A stretch of 64,000 nt of DNA from the human T2T-CHM13v2.0 reference genome, Homo sapiens, in assembly GCF_009914755.1 (NCBI RefSeq), contig NC_060926.1; one strand, given 5' to 3'. Below, piece by piece: positions 1 through 25,150 of the stretch. Both the position numbers and the translations under genes were made by a program. Within the stretch, counting starts at the first letter, position 1, and each line of letters starts with the position of its first letter. The notes beneath the pieces are model-generated. The model was not told where the DNA came from, did not search any database, and saw only the letters and a program-made list of their open reading frames with translations.

Positions 1-299
1 CAAAAAGAGATATGAATAGTTCCTACTTCCTATATAGTTGTTGAGAAGTTACAAGTAGTTCATAATTGTCAAGGGTAGAGGAAGTGTTCAGGATGTAGTA
101 TGAGCCATTTAAGTATTGACTACTATTGTTACTAAAGGGACTGAAAATGACAACTATGAGTATTTTGCATTTTGCTTGAAAAATAAAACGACGTGTGGAT
201 ACAAAAGTATTAAATATTTGCAAAATTCACAATCTATGACGAATTACACAAATGTGGATGACAATGGTCGAAGAATTGAAGCACTATGGTGATCATTAG

Positions 300-700
300 A
301 GACTCACCAGACCCCTTCCTTCTCCTTGGGCACACAGTAGGATTTCATTTCTCAGCCTTATATTGCAACTAGGTGAGTCCACGTGACTTGAGTGTTGTCC
401 ATTGGAACATGCACAAGAGGTATGTGGGTCACTTCCAAATGTAAAATGTCAAAATCTCCCACAGTATCCTTGGTGTGTTCTCACTCCTCATATCCTGGGC
501 AGATGCCAAAGGAGATTTCACTGGCATTGGGAGATCTCAGAGACAGAGAGAGCCTGTGTGCTCTAATGATGGTGCAGTGAACAGCCTCCACTTCCCAACT
601 TGCCATCTCACATTTTGATCACGTCATGAACATTTTTTGTTTTAAGCCACTTTGGTTTCGAACTTATTTTTCACAGGAATTAGCCTACTATAACTGACAG
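300..700 (+). mobile_element. Old MLT1-type MaLR solo LTR (degenerate)
   Basis: MLT1-like 3' end 'tgttttaagccact...ataactgaca' and internal 'ctaggtgagtccacgtgact'; boundaries approximate. Confidence 0.6.
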
Positions 701-724
701 AGTAACGAAAAAGTATTCAAACAG

Positions 725-847
725 GAATTGGGACACTTGTGTCCAAATTGCCTTTCTCACGTTTACTAACTATGTAACCCCAGGGATTTACTCAATCTCT
801 GAATTTTCTTTTCTTTGCTGTAAAACTCCTATTATAAAAGTTGTAGG
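725..847. mobile_element. MIR fragment, host of the L1 insertion; probably continues at ~3501-3550
   Basis: 'tttactaactatgtaacccc...ttactcaatctctga...ctgtaaaa' resembles the MIR core. Confidence 0.45.
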
Positions 848-924
848 TCTTCAATCCATCTTGAATTAATTTTTGTATAAGGTGTAAGGAAGGGATCCAG
901 TTTCAGCTTTCTACATATGGCTAG

Positions 925-2251
<1,327 letters not shown>

Positions 2252-2342
2252 TTATTGGAATAGTTTCAGAAAGAATGGTACCAGTTCCTCCTTGTACCTC
2301 TGGTAGAATTCAGCTGTGAATCCATCTGGTCCTGGACGTTAG

Positions 2343-3260
<918 letters not shown>

Positions 3261-4642
3261 ACAATGAGAACACATGGACACAGGAAGGGGAATATCACAC
3301 TCCGGGGACTGTTGTGGGGTGGGGGATGGGGGGAGGGATAGCTTTAGGAGATATACCTAATGCTAAATGATGAGTTAATGGGTGCAGCACACCAACATGG
3401 CACATGTATACATATGTAACTAACCTGCACATTGTGCACATGTACCCTAAAACTTAAAGTATAATAATAACAAAATAAAAAAAAAAATAAAGGTGGTAGG
3501 AAATAAATAGTATAGTTTCAGGGCTTGGAATGGAGTGTAAATATTGTAATGGACAGTTAAATCTAAATGTAGCAGTAATTTAGTCAATACTTACATAGCA
3601 CTGAAATGTCTATATTGGGTAGGACAATTAGTAAAATCATATTTTAACAATAATAACAACTATTTAGTTGCCTGAATATTTCACTTTTCAATAGCTGATT
3701 TCACAAGAATGCAGCTCTCAAAGATATCGTGTTGCTTTTAACCATTTTCTCCAGATACATGGTATCAATATATTCAAGAAAAGAACAGGGTTTTATTTTT
3801 TTCCTGATGTCTTTGCACCAATTTTCCCAATTTCTTTTCTAATAGAGTAGCTTGTATTTAATATGCACAACAACTGCAGGTCATTAATTCTCTGAGTCTT
3901 TCCTAAATCAATCCTCTGGATGTGGACTAGAATCTTAATACAGTTTTAGTAGTTGGGAATCTCATCTAATTTATTACATGGAGAGAGGTATGACACAGGA
4001 AAAATGCATATTAACTATGTAGATGAATATGTTTTTTTTTTCTTTCCAAGTATCTGTTTTCTTTTCAAAATGATCATGAATAGATAGCTACCTAAGGAAG
4101 GTTGTCACATTAGCTTAATCAATATAGAAATTCTATATATGAATATATATATAAGAATATAGTATTATGCATGCATGTATTTTACAGCTAGTTGTCTATT
4201 TTCTAGAGGCAGCTAGACAGTGGTGAAGAGCAAGTTTCAGCTTTGAGGTTTTTTTTAACTTTTTATTGGGAAATAAAATAGACAACCACGAAAAAAATGC
4301 ATTAAACATTGATGTAAAAATTAACAGTTGGATACTAAATAAACTGTTGTACAACTATCACATATAACTAGAAATTTAACAACAGTACCAGCACCTCAGA
4401 AGCCCTCCATGTGCCCCTTCTCAATTAAAATTCCTCCCTCTACCCGATGAAACCACTCTTTTAACTTTTGTCGTAATGAATTTCTTGCTTTCATTATACT
4501 TTTACCACCTAACTATGCATCCTTAAACACTATAGTTTAATTTTCATGGGTTTTTGAAGCTTATGTAATGAAATCATCAGTTTTATTCTTTTCTAATTTT
4601 TTCTTTAACTTAAAAATACTTCATAAGATTTATTCGTGTTAG

Positions 4643-5099
<457 letters not shown>

Positions 5100-5821
5100 T
5101 TAACATTTTTGTGATAGTCAATAACAACGTACACTTAAATTTTTGTCAAGAGGGTAGGACTTCACATTGGGTTCTTACCAAAACAAGGTAAAATAGTAAA
5201 ACAGAATAATAATTCTTGTACGTGTCTCCTGGTGGTCTTAGTGGTCATGTGCACATCTGCTATTGGATGTTGCCTTAGAGGTAGAATTGTTGGCTTAGAA
5301 GTATACAATTTATATTCCTACCAACAGATTATGAGTAAACCAGTGGCTCCCCTTCCTTACCAATGCATGAGCATTCTGGTGAGTATATTATACTATTGTA
5401 GCTTTAACTGTCATTTGATTGATTGCTAAGGAAATTGAACACATATTTATGTTTCTCAGAAATTTGGATTTTCTCATTTGTGAAGCAGCTTTGAAGTCTT
5501 TGCTCTTTTTTGACTGGGTTGTTTGTCTTCTACAATTGCTATGTACATTCTGCATATAGTGTTTTGTTCATTTACGTGTTGCAAATATTTTTTCTTTCAT
5601 TCTTTAGCTTATCCCTTCATCCTCTTCATGTTTCATTTTCATTTGACAAACAGAAGTCCCTAATTTTAATATAATTTTCCAACTTCTTCTAGTATGGTTA
5701 TTACCTTTTGAGACGTGTTTAAGACATATTTTTCAAATGTGAAGGTTAAAAGTTCCCCAAAATACTATCTATGTAATCTTCTTTAAACTTTGCAGCTAAA
5801 TAGCTTTAAAATTTAGCTGTA

Positions 5822-7197
<1,376 letters not shown>

Positions 7198-7599
7198 GCT
7201 ATTGAAGTTGTTGATTTATTTAAGTAATGTGATCAATATCAAATTTCATTTTTTTCAAATGGATGTCTAATTCTTCCCACATCATTTATTGAAGAACTGT
7301 CTCTTTGCTACTGTGCTTCAATGCTACCTGTGTCATAAATCAAGCATTTAAAAATGCAACAGTCTATTTCTGGACTCTGTGATCGTTCAGTTGTCTGTTT
7401 TCCAATCCTGGTACTAATATCACATTTTCTTGATTGCTATTGCTTTAAAATAAGCCTTGATGTCAAGTTAAGAAACTCCTCTCATGTTCTTTTTTCAAAG
7501 GAATCGTGGCTATTATTGACCTGTTATTTTTATGTGCATTTTAGAACCAGCTCGTTAAGTTCTACTGCATCCCCAAATAAAAAGCAAGCTGGTATTTTT

Positions 7600-8550
7600 A
7601 AAATAGACTTTATTTTTTAGTGCAACTTTGTGTTTACAGCAAAATTAAGAAAGTACAGAGACTTCCCTGATACTACGAGCTCGCACACATATATAACCCT
7701 CCCCATTATAAACACTCCCCACCAGAGTGGCACATTTGTTACAACTGGTAAACTTACATTGACATACCATTACTACCCCAAATATATTGTTTAATTAAGT
7801 TTCACTCTTGGTGGTTGTACATTCTATGGATTTGGACAAATGTGTAATGACATGCATCTATCATTATAGTTTTAAACAGAATATTTTCACTGGCCTAAAA
7901 ATCATCTGTGTTCCACGAGTTATCCCTCCCTCCTCCCTCATTCCCAGAAACCACTAATCTTTTTATTATCTCTATAGTTTTGCCTTTGCCAGAATGTTAT
8001 ATATTTGGAGTCATACAATATGTAGACTTTTTATTGGCTTCTTTCATGTAGTAATATACATTTACATTTTCTTCATGCCTTTTTATGGCTTAGGAGCTCA
8101 TTTCTTTTTAGTCATGAATAATATTCTATTGTCTGATGTACCACAGTTGATTTATCCATTTACCTACTGAAGGGCATCTTGGTTGCTTCCAAGTTTTGGT
8201 AATTATGAATAAAGCTGCTATAAACATTTCTGTGCAGGTTTTTGTGTGAACAAACCTGTGAGTTAATACCAAGGCATTCAATGAATAATATGGTAAATGT
8301 ATGTATAAGCCTTGGAAAAAATTACCAAACTGTTTTCCAAAGTTGTACTATTTTGCATTCCCACCAGTAATGAATAAGAGAGCTCGTGTTGCTCTAAATC
8401 CTTGTCAGCATTTGATGTTGTCAGTGTTTTGAATTTTGGTCATTCTAATAGATGTGTAGTGGTATATCATTGTTTCAATTTGAGTTTTCCTGATGAGATA
8501 TGATGGGGAGAAGAGATTCTTTGTCCTCAATATCTCTTCTTTGATACAGT
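7600..8550 (-). mobile_element. L1MC1/2-like 3' end nested in an older L1
   Basis: Characteristic 'ccccaccagagtggcacatttgttacaa...ttcactcttggtggttgtacattctatgg'; similar flanks tggtattttt(a/c)aa.tagact at ~7590 and ~8557. Confidence 0.8.
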
Positions 8551-8611
8551 GTCTTTTGGTATTTTCAATTAGACTGCATTATATCTCAAGATGAATTTGG
8601 GGAGAATTGTG

Positions 8612-8980
8612 ACCTTTGTCTCCACAAAATTATATGTTGAAGCCCTAACCATCATTGTGACTGTATTTGGAGATGGTGTCTTTGGGAGGTTATTAAAACA
8701 AACTGTGATCATAAAGGTGGTGCCATAACCAGATAGGATTTGTAGCCTTATAAGGGGAGAAAGAGTGTATCTCTCCATGCACATACATCAAGGAAAAGCT
8801 GTGTTAGAACACAAGAAAGTGGCTGTCTGTAGGCCAAAAGAAGAAGTCTCAGAATGAAATCTGCCTTACAGGCATCTTGATTTTGAATTTTCCACCTTTA
8901 AGAGCAGGAAGAATAAATTTGTGTTGTTTAAGCTACCCAGTATATAATATTTTGTTATCACCATCTGAGATGACAAATAG
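8612..8980 (+). mobile_element. MLT1A-type MaLR LTR
   Basis: 'caaaattatatgttgaagccctaacc', 'aataaatttgtgttgtttaagctacccag'. Confidence 0.8.
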
Positions 8981-9960
8981 ATTTTGGTACCAGGAGTGAA
9001 ATACTGCTACAACAAATACCTAAAAAGGTGGAAGTGACTCAGGAGCTGGGTAATGGGTAGAGACTGAAGAAGTTTTGAGATGTATGCCAAAAAAATATGG
9101 ACATTAAGAGTGGTTTCAGTTAGACATTAGAAAGAAAAGAGGAGAGCTGGAGAGAAAACTTCCATCTTTTTAGAGACTATATAGCCATGAAAAGAATTTG
9201 ATAAAAATATGAATGTTAAAGGCCACTCTTGTGAGATGTCAAATGAAAATGAGGAACATAGTATTGGAAATGACAAAAAGTGAGACTTGTTATAAAATCG
9301 CAAAGAACTTGGCTGAAGTGTGTTTGTGTTCTAGTGTTTGGTAGAAGGTAGAACTGGCAAGGATTGAAATCAAATACTTAGCTTAGGAAATTTCTAGGCA
9401 AAGTGTCAAAAGAGCAGCTTTGTTTTTCCTGACTGCTTATAGTAAAAAGCAAGAAGAGAGAGATGAATTGAGGAAGACATTATTAAACAAAAAGGAACTG
9501 GAACTTGAAGATTTGGAAATTCTCAGCCAATTCATATTGCAAATGTTGATGATAAAGTATGTACTGAGGACAACACCAATGGTGTGACTGGACTATCACT
9601 TGATAAAATGTATGTAAGATTATACTAACAGAAATACAGCAAGTATGAACTGAAGGGAACAAAGATAAGATGAAATGAATGAAGGCCATCAGACTCATTA
9701 AATTTCACAGGATGAGTAGATAGAACAATTTGGCTGCAAATGTATTCTATCCTTTAAAAAGAGAGAGAAATGGCCCCAAGATAATTTAGAGATTTTCAGG
9801 GCCACTACCTTGGTTGCAACAAGCTAGATAGTTGGGGGCAGAACTCGCTAGCAGAGCCTTGGCAGCAGGTTCTTAGGGATGAGGTTTTAGAGGCAGGAGC
9901 TTAGGGATGAGACCCTAAGAACAGGATCAACTGGCAGATTTTATAGAGCCATCAAAGCCA
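8981..9960 (+). mobile_element. MaLR internal sequence (MLT1A-int), partial
   Basis: Begins 'ttttggtaccaggagtg...aaaaggtggaagtgactcaggagctgggtaatggg' directly after the LTR. Confidence 0.75.
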
Positions 9961-10450
9961 AGGGTTTCTATTTCTAGATATTTTTTATTTCAGTCTTTTC
10001 ACATATGATATTTACATGGTAAAATTTTATTTACTGTTTATTGCTGGAATTAGATATAAATTGTGTTTGCTGACTTTTGCCAGCAACCATGTCAAAACTC
10101 TTATTAATTCTAATAATTTCTTTATATTTTATCATTGCATTTTAATACACACTTTAGTATTATCTTGCCAATTTCTGCTAAAAACTACCTGAGATTTTGT
10201 AGGATTGTGTTGAGTAGACAAATTTGGGTGGGGGGAGTGGGTATTACATTTTTAACAATAATAAATATCTTGATCTGTTAGTATAAGTTGCTTTTCTATT
10301 TACTTAGATCTTTAATTTCTTTAAATAATGTTTCCATTTATGGTGAGACATCTTCACTTCTTTGGATTAATTTATTCTTAAGTATTTTATTCTTTTGATG
10401 CTGTCTTAAATTGAATTATTTACATTTTTAGTTTATTTTATTGTATTTTT

Positions 10451-10680
10451 AACTTTTATTTTAAATTCGGATTACAGATGCAGGTTTGTTATCTGGGTAA
10501 ACTTGTGTCATGGGGGTTTGTTATACAGATTATTTCATCACCCAGGTTTTTAGCCTAGTACCCTTTAGTCAATTTTTCTGATCCTCTCCCTTCTCCCACC
10601 CTGCACCCTCCAAAAACAAATATCATTTAACCTAGCAATCCCATTACTGGGTAGGTACCCAAAGGAATATAAATCATTCT
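10451..10680 (-). mobile_element. Short older L1PA 3' end with an inverted 5' piece (10616-10680 on +)
   Basis: Antisense 3'UTR 10451-10615, then sense ORF2-end sequence 'catttaacctagcaatcccattactgggt...cccaaaggaatataaatcattct'. Confidence 0.8.
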
Positions 10681-10686
10681 ATTTTT

Positions 10687-10815
10687 TTATTTTTTGTAGA
10701 AACAGGGTCTCATTATATTGCCCAGACTGGTCTTGAACTCCTGGCCTCAAGTGACCTGCTGGCCTCAATCTCCCAAAGTGTTGGGATTACAGGCTTGAGC
10801 CACCAGGCTCAGCCT
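10687..10815 (-). mobile_element. FLAM / Alu left monomer
   Basis: Single Alu arm ending 'gagccaccaggctcagcc'. Confidence 0.85.
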
Positions 10816-11063
10816 GTATATAGATTATATAATTGATTTTTGTGTATTGATAGTTACATCCTGCAACATTGTTGAGCTTTTTTATTAGTTATAATAACTT
10901 TCATTTTATTTCTTAGGATATTCTGTATATATAAAATCATGTTAACTACACATAGGATAATTTACTTCTTTCTTTTGTATCTGAATGTCTTTTATTTTAT
11001 TTTCTTGCCTAATTGTCCTGGTTAGATTGTTTAGTACAATGTTGAATAGAAGTCGTGAACCTG

Positions 11064-11370
<307 letters not shown>

Positions 11371-14104
11371 TTAGTGAACCTGGACATACATTCTTGTATT
11401 GTTCCTCATCTTATCAGGATAATGTATAGTCCTTCACCATTTTTAACGTGATGTTAGTTTACATTTTTCACAGACACCTTTTATTAGTTTGAGTAAGTTC
11501 ACTAGTTTTCCGTGTTCATTAACTGTCATAAAAAGAAGTTTGTATTTTTCTAATGGTTTTTCTGTAGCTATTGAGATGACCATGAGGTTATTGTTCTTTA
11601 ACCTATTAATATAATACATTATATTAATTGATTTTCAGCTGTTGAACCAACCTTGCATCCTCAGGATAAATTCCCACTTGGTCATATTATATAATCCTAT
11701 TTATGTGTTGCTGGCTTTGTTGTCCTAGTATTTTGTTAGGTTCTCTATTTGTATGAAAAAGAGATATTTATCTGTAGCTTTCTTATGGTGCTTTTGTGTT
11801 GTTTGGTGTCAAGGCCTCATAGAAGGAGGTTGGATATATTTCCTCATTTTCTATGTTTTGAAAATTTGCGAGAGAGAGGTGTTATGCTTCAAATTTTCTC
11901 TAGAATTTACTAATGAAGCCATTTGGGCATTTATTTGTGGGAAGTTTTAAGATTTTTAATGTATTCCCTATGATTTGTTTCAATCCATTCAGATATTTTA
12001 ATTTTTCTTGAATCAGTCTTGGTAGTTTGTTTCTAGAAATTATTCCCTTTCATATAAGTTATCCTAATTTTGACTTACAGTTTTTTATAGTATTCACTTT
12101 CATATTTAAAAAAAATATTTCTGTAAGGTCAGTAGTAATTTTAGCAATGTAAGTCTTCTTTATTTTTTTTCTTGGTCGGTGTAGATAGTGTTTTTAATTT
12201 ATTCATCTTTTCAGAGAACCAAATTAGATTTTCTTGACTTTCTCTATTGTTTTTCTTTTCCATTAATTTCTGTTCTAACTTTTATTATTCCCTTCTTTAT
12301 ACTTGCTTTGTATTAAATTGTTTCTCTTTTTCCTGTCTCTTAGCAAGAAAAATAACGCTATTTAGTTGGGATCTTTCTCTTTTTTAAATATAGAATTTAC
12401 AGCTATATATTTATCTTAAAGCGCTGCTTTTGCTGCATCTCATAGAATTTAGTATGTTGTGTCTTTATTTGCATTTATCTTAAACTATTTTCTAACTTCC
12501 TATCTGTGAGCATTGGTTACTTAGAAGTATTCATTATTACTTTTAAATATTCCTGCATATTCTTAAATGTCCAAAATTTCCTTCTTATTGATTTCCAATT
12601 TAGTTTTATTATGGCTGGAAAACATGTATGATCTCAATTTTATAAGAATTTTTTCAGGCTTGTTTTATGACAGCACATATGTTCTATTCTGCAGAATGTT
12701 CCATGTGCACTTGAGAGGAAAGTGCATTTTGCTTTAATGGCTTCGGTGTTCAGTACGTATCTGCTATGTCTAGTTGGCTTATAGTATTGTTCAAACATGT
12801 ATTTTCAAATTCTTATATTTCCTTGCTGATCTTCTGTCTAGTTGTTCTACTTATTATTGGAAATTGAGTATTAAAGTTTCCAACTACTATTGTTGAAGTG
12901 TCTCTCTCTTTTATTTTGTCAGTTTTTTTAAATATAATTTTGGCTTCTGATATTAGTGCATATATGTTTGTAATTGTTACACCTTCCTGATGTATTGAGT
13001 CTTTTATCACTATAAACTATTGCTTTGTATCTCTGGTAATATTTATTTTTTGTTTTAAAGATGATTTCATCTGAAGTTAATGTAGGCACTCTAGCTCTCT
13101 CAGGGTTGCTATTTGTATTGTATGACTTTTGAAATATTTGTACTCAAGCTAGTTGTATCTTTGAATCTAAAGCATATCTCCCTTCCAAAGTGTATAATTG
13201 TTTTGATGGTTCTTATCTAGTCTAATGATCTTTCACTCTTGATTGGATTATTCAATCCATTCACATTTAATGTTATTATTGATACTGTTGGATTTGCATC
13301 TGCTAGTTTTCTTTTGGTATTGTATGTCTCACGTCTATTTTTGTTTCTCTGTTCCCCCATACTATTTTTTCATTTAATAAACATTTCCTGGTATTAATTT
13401 TAACTATATCTTTTAGTTACTTGCTTAGTGGATGCACTAGGGTTTATAATATATACCTTACCTTATGAGAATTAGCATCAGACTTATACTATCTTAATTC
13501 CAGTGAGCTGGATGAGTTTTAATCTTATAAAGCTCTATTCCTTCTTTCTTCTTTTTGTGCTACTATTGAATATTTTATCATCAATTATGATGTTTTCTCT
13601 TAAGCTTTTTTAGGAGGCAAGATGGACAAACATTTCAATAAATCACTATTTCTTAAAAATCTGGAATGAATATTAAATTTTACCAGATGCTTTTTCTACA
13701 TTTATTGAAATAATTATATAATTTATTCTTTATTCAGTTAATGTGATGAATTATCTTGCTTGATTATTTTTTCTGTATCAACTTTGCATTTCTGGAATAA
13801 GTACATATTGATCCTGATAATATTATTATTTTAAAATATTGTTGGCATTAGTCAATTAATATTTTACTGAGAAATTTTTATCTATATTTGTGAGTTTGGC
13901 TAGATGATTCTTGTCATATTTTAGTACTGAGTTTACTACATTGTCAAGTTGAAGTTAATTAATTTTTTATAATTTCTTAAAGTTTTTTTTCTTAAGTTTG
14001 AAAGAAATCACTACTAGGAATATATTTATTCCATCTAAGTTTTCAAATATGAATTTCAAAATTTTGGAATTTGAAATTTCTTCTCAATAAACTATATTAT
14101 CGTT

Positions 14105-14240
14105 AGGCAGACATGAGTATGAATCTGGTTTCACCCACCTATCAGCTATGAGAACTTAGAAAATTCAGTTGATTTCTCTGATCTTCAGTTTTCTAATGAT
14201 TAACACATGGATAATTAATAGTACCTATTGCATTTCTGAT
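14105..14240 (+). mobile_element. MIR
   Basis: 'cagacatgagtatgaatctgg...cagctatgagaacttag...ctctgatcttcagttttct...ataatt'. Confidence 0.65.
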
Positions 14241-14949
14241 AGCAAATTTTCTATATGGACTACTCCTGATGGTACAAATTATTTAAAATTCAAGATAAAA
14301 TGTATAAATAATTCTTTAGCTGGAAGAGAAAGCAGAAAAATCCTCAAACAGTATAAAACATCAGTACAGAGCTAACTTTGGCCTTGAGGCATCTGTGAAT
14401 CTCCAGTAGCTTACAAATTAGGCTTACAAAACCTAAAGCCAAGTAGGATAAGACTCCACAAAAATCCAGATTCCCTAAAATGCATTACTCTTGATAGAAT
14501 CTTGGGAAAAATCTTGCCATTCAGTAGGAATGTGTGGAGATGTATAGCGTTCTTAGTCTAGATCCTGAGTAAAGTAGAAAAAAACTAGTGCTCTCCAAGA
14601 AGTCTTAGCTACAAGTCAGAAGTCAATGAGTTGGGACTAGAATTCACAAGATTTTTGTGCCTTAGAAAAAAGAAAACAACTGAAGTCAATTTCTGTTTAA
14701 AGTTGTTCTGAGTTGGCAGTGTACCCAGGTATCTGGAAAGAACAAACACAAATCTTCTTTATAGGAAGCACTTTCAGTCTGACCTGAATGAGTTTACAGA
14801 GAAAGTTTAAAAGGATATAAATATATGCACACAGCAGGAAACATCTAAAAAAATAAGCCGCTATAAGCAAAAGTCAGCAGACGTAATGAACTACAGACTC
14901 AGTCTGTAGGTTCTGCATATACTAGGTCCTAGAATCATCCAATACTGAA

Positions 14950-15145
14950 TTACATATCTATGTATCTATATCTATATATAAACATGTGTGTGTATATATA
15001 TATATTTATATATAGCTGTAGATAGAATTAAGACTTTATGAAGAATAGAGAACTACTGTAGTATAATTTTGGTAGGCTTTAGGCACTTAGGCCTTCCTGC
15101 ATAAATAAATAAATAAGATAAATAAATGTATACACACACATATAA
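14950..15145. repeat. (TA)n / (TAAA)n low-complexity patches
   Basis: Direct inspection. Confidence 0.75.
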
Positions 15146-16289
15146 TTTATATTTTATGACTGTGCTGGTATAAGCACAAATATATTAATATTACATATCA
15201 AAACATTTTCTTCAATCCAAAGGTTATTTTATTTCTTCTAGTTTTATAATAATTAAAACATTTTAAGGAAATGTGCCAGGAGCCCTAGGCATTGTACCTA
15301 ATGGATAATTTGGCCCTTGGAGGAAGCAATAAGATGGTATTGACAGCCAGATTTAGAAAGTAACCAAATAGAATTTTTAGACTTTAAAAGATTTAATTAT
15401 AAAAATTATAATTTTAATAGTGGCCTAATAACAAATTCGACACAGCTGAAGAATGAATTGTTATAATAAACTGAGAGATTTTAAAACACGTTTTCTCATT
15501 TCTAATCTAATAATATTTTTACTACTTTCTGATTTCTATTTACTAAGCAGTTTGTGGTCATTGGCCTTATTTTGTGCCTAGAACTGTGTTATGTGGGATT
15601 AGGGTATAAAACAGAAAAGCTATTCACATATGTAATTCCTGTGATTTGAAAATTCCCAAAAGTTTTGTGCATAAGAAATCTGGAGCAACGATCTTTAAAA
15701 TAGACTCCACATATCTATCCTTTAAAATAAAATAGTTCATGCTCAAAAAAATCCAGCACTATTTGGAATATAGGGTTTAAATTTTGATACATTTTTTTCA
15801 ATTTTGTTTTGAGCTTTATTTTCTAAAATGATCTAAAGAATCATTTCCTTTGACTTCTTCCCACTATGCAGGGAAGTAAGACTTTGAAGAAGTATATGGC
15901 TTATTCTTGTTCTTTAACATTCAAATGTGGCTCTTATCCCCACTATATCTAAACACTTTTTATTTTTATATGTACACCTCATTAAGTAGATAGTAAGTAC
16001 TCTTAAATGAAGCAAGACACCAGTGCAGTCTCTTTATTCCTTCACGTGACTAATATGGTCTTGCCACATGGTATATGTGAAATCAATACACTTCTCAATG
16101 CTTCTTGTTTATAGAAAATCCTCACTTTGATTTTATTGTTTGATTCTTTTATGTTCTCTTATTTTTTTTCACTTCAATTTGTCTTTTATAAGTGTCTTGA
16201 GTATTCTTACGGTATCAAGTTGACAAGTACTAGCATTCAAGAAATTATGCAATCTGCTTTTGTATGACTTTGTTTGTAGAGCCCTAATG

Positions 16290-16905
16290 AATCCATTTAC
16301 TCATCTATTCTATTCTTCCATAGAAATTTATTAAGGATCCACTCTTTGTCAGTCATGGTGCTTAACACTAAGCATAAAAAATTTTAAAAGACAGAAGTTC
16401 TCTGTCCTCCCAGATCATAGATGAACAATAAACAGGTAACAAATGGAAGGATTGATTCATCATTGCAAGGTTCATAAGCTGGGTATCATCATGGAGAATA
16501 GAAAAATACAGGTATCTACTTTGGATACAGTTTTCAGAAGGGGGCTCTCTGGAGCAGTGACATTAATTTGGGGCAAAGGATGAGAAGAAACCAGCCAAGA
16601 CAAAGCTTGGCAGAAAGCAATCCCGGCAGAGGGAACAATTATGCCAAAAGCACTATGTGGGAAGTAAGTTTAGTGGCCAAGGAACTGAGAGAAAGATAAA
16701 TCATACTGAGCTTTGGGGCCATAGGAGGTAGACTATTACAGTGAGAAGACTCTGAGGTTTTGTTAAGCAGATGAGTGAGTGAGATTAATGTTTACATCAG
16801 TTACACTTGCTGCTCTGTAGAGAATGAATAGGAGAGGCAGAGAGGGAGAGAACTTAGGAGGCTGAGAGAGCAGCCTCAGTTAGAGGTTGTGAAGGCTTTG
16901 ACGAG
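16290..16905 (-). mobile_element. L2 3' region
   Basis: 'atttattaaggatccactctttgtcagtcatggtgct', 'tcccggcagagggaacaattatgccaaaagc'. Confidence 0.75.
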
Positions 16906-17458
16906 GCTCCAGGGGAAATATTTTTATGTTTCTGCACATTCAGGGCTTTTTGAGTAAATTTTACTGGAACTTGAGACATGGCCTTAAAGAGTAAGATTTG
17001 GAAGTTAAATTGCAATTGATTGAATAATGATATGCCGTTCAGAGAGATAGTCCTCCACTGCACAATTATTTTATCCTCATCTTAGATACATACATTTGCA
17101 CTCACACACACACACACACATGCATATACATTTACATTTCAAAGAGTAAGAACCAAGGAGACTTCAAAAGTTGAATTTGTTTATTTAAGGAGTAAACATT
17201 TTCTCTCCATTTCTCAGGGGAGGAGTGAGGACAACTTTCCCTCTACTATATAACCACTGTGATTCATATTTTCATGATTCCACATCTACTATACAGATCC
17301 TGCCTTGTACGATGACATCTAGCTCTCCAAGAATCAGAGCAAAGAATATTCAGTGAAGTTTGCTATGAATAATAACTAACCTGTATGTGCCTCAGGAAAC
17401 ATCATGTTTACATTCATAATAATATTACTAAATATAGATGTTAAAAACTTAGCACTGT

Positions 17459-23940
<6,482 letters not shown>

Positions 23941-23946
23941 ACACTG

Positions 23947-24235
23947 TCATTGGAGATGACAAAAAGTTGAAAAAATTAAAATATATTTGTAAAGAGATTC
24001 CAAAAAAAAAAAAAAAAGACCTTTCTGATGGATTAAATGAGGGTTGGGGGACAAAAGAAAGGAGTCAATGATCACTCCAAGTTTTATTGAGATGAGGAAA
24101 GACTGAGGGAGGAGGAGGTTGTGGATAAAACAATAAAATTCTGTTTTGGTCAACTTAAGTGTAAAATATATGTGAGGCATAACATCAAGTTTTTAATTAT
24201 GCAATTGGATGTGCATATCTCTGGCTAGAAAAAAA
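23947..24235 (-). mobile_element. L2 fragment
   Basis: 'ctgatggattaaatgaggg...ggagtcaatgatcactccaagtttt...ttctgttttggtca'. Confidence 0.7.
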
Positions 24236-24679
24236 ATCAACTTGAAGTCACACTTTCACTCTTTTGTCTCACTGAAGGCTATAATTCACAAGCATGTTAT
24301 GCTTCCTAAACGACAGAGCTCAGTGACTACTCCACTAGTTTAATTGACTGAAGAGGACTGAAAGAAGATAAGAATTCCAGAACTAGCTCACAAACTAGTC
24401 TTTTGACATTGAAGGTGTTAGACTGGAAAACAGTGAATATCTTAATCAACTCTGTAATTCTGTGATTCTAATTATTTTTTAAATTTTTTTCATTAATGAA
24501 TCCATGTTGGTTATATAACGCAAGTTGCAACTGTATCCAAATTGTTCCTGTAAAGTTAAACTCAATCTAGTAGACTTTCTTTCTAAGAAGAAATAATCAG
24601 CCAAAGTTTGCAGACATCAACAGTTCTGGTTAAAAAATTGCTTCTAAGAAAACACCTCAATATTTCACTGGTCTTCAAT

Positions 24680-25150
24680 AACTATTACAATCAACTATTA
24701 TTCTGATAGTTGACTGGCATAACTGAGTAGTTCTCATTTGATTTATTGTGTAGTTGCATTCTGATGATGTTTTGAGCTGAAGGCATCTGAAGATATCCCC
24801 AGTCACATTTTCAGTGCCTGGGATAGAATGATTAGAAGAGATAGGTGCCAGTTGGTCACCTCTCCCTCCACCTGGCCTTTTCATATAGCTAGCATGGATT
24901 TGCTAACAGCCTGGGGATCTCCAGACAGAGGCTTCTTTCATAGAAGGGAGAAGCTGCAGTGACTCCTCTTATTTAGTCACATAAGTCACACAGCATTAAT
25001 TTTATAATATTTTACTGATCTTAACAGTCTTTGGCCCCTCCACATTCAGGGAGTTTTGAGAAATAAACTCCATCTCTGAGTGGCAGAATGGCTAGCTTCG
25101 GGAGGGGTGGAGAGGATTGACAGTGGTTATCTTGGAAACAATCTAGCACA
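24680..25150 (-). mobile_element. Old MLT1 (J/K/L-type) LTR
   Basis: 'aagtcacacagcattaatttt...attttactg', 'ataaactccatctctgagtggcag'. Confidence 0.6.
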
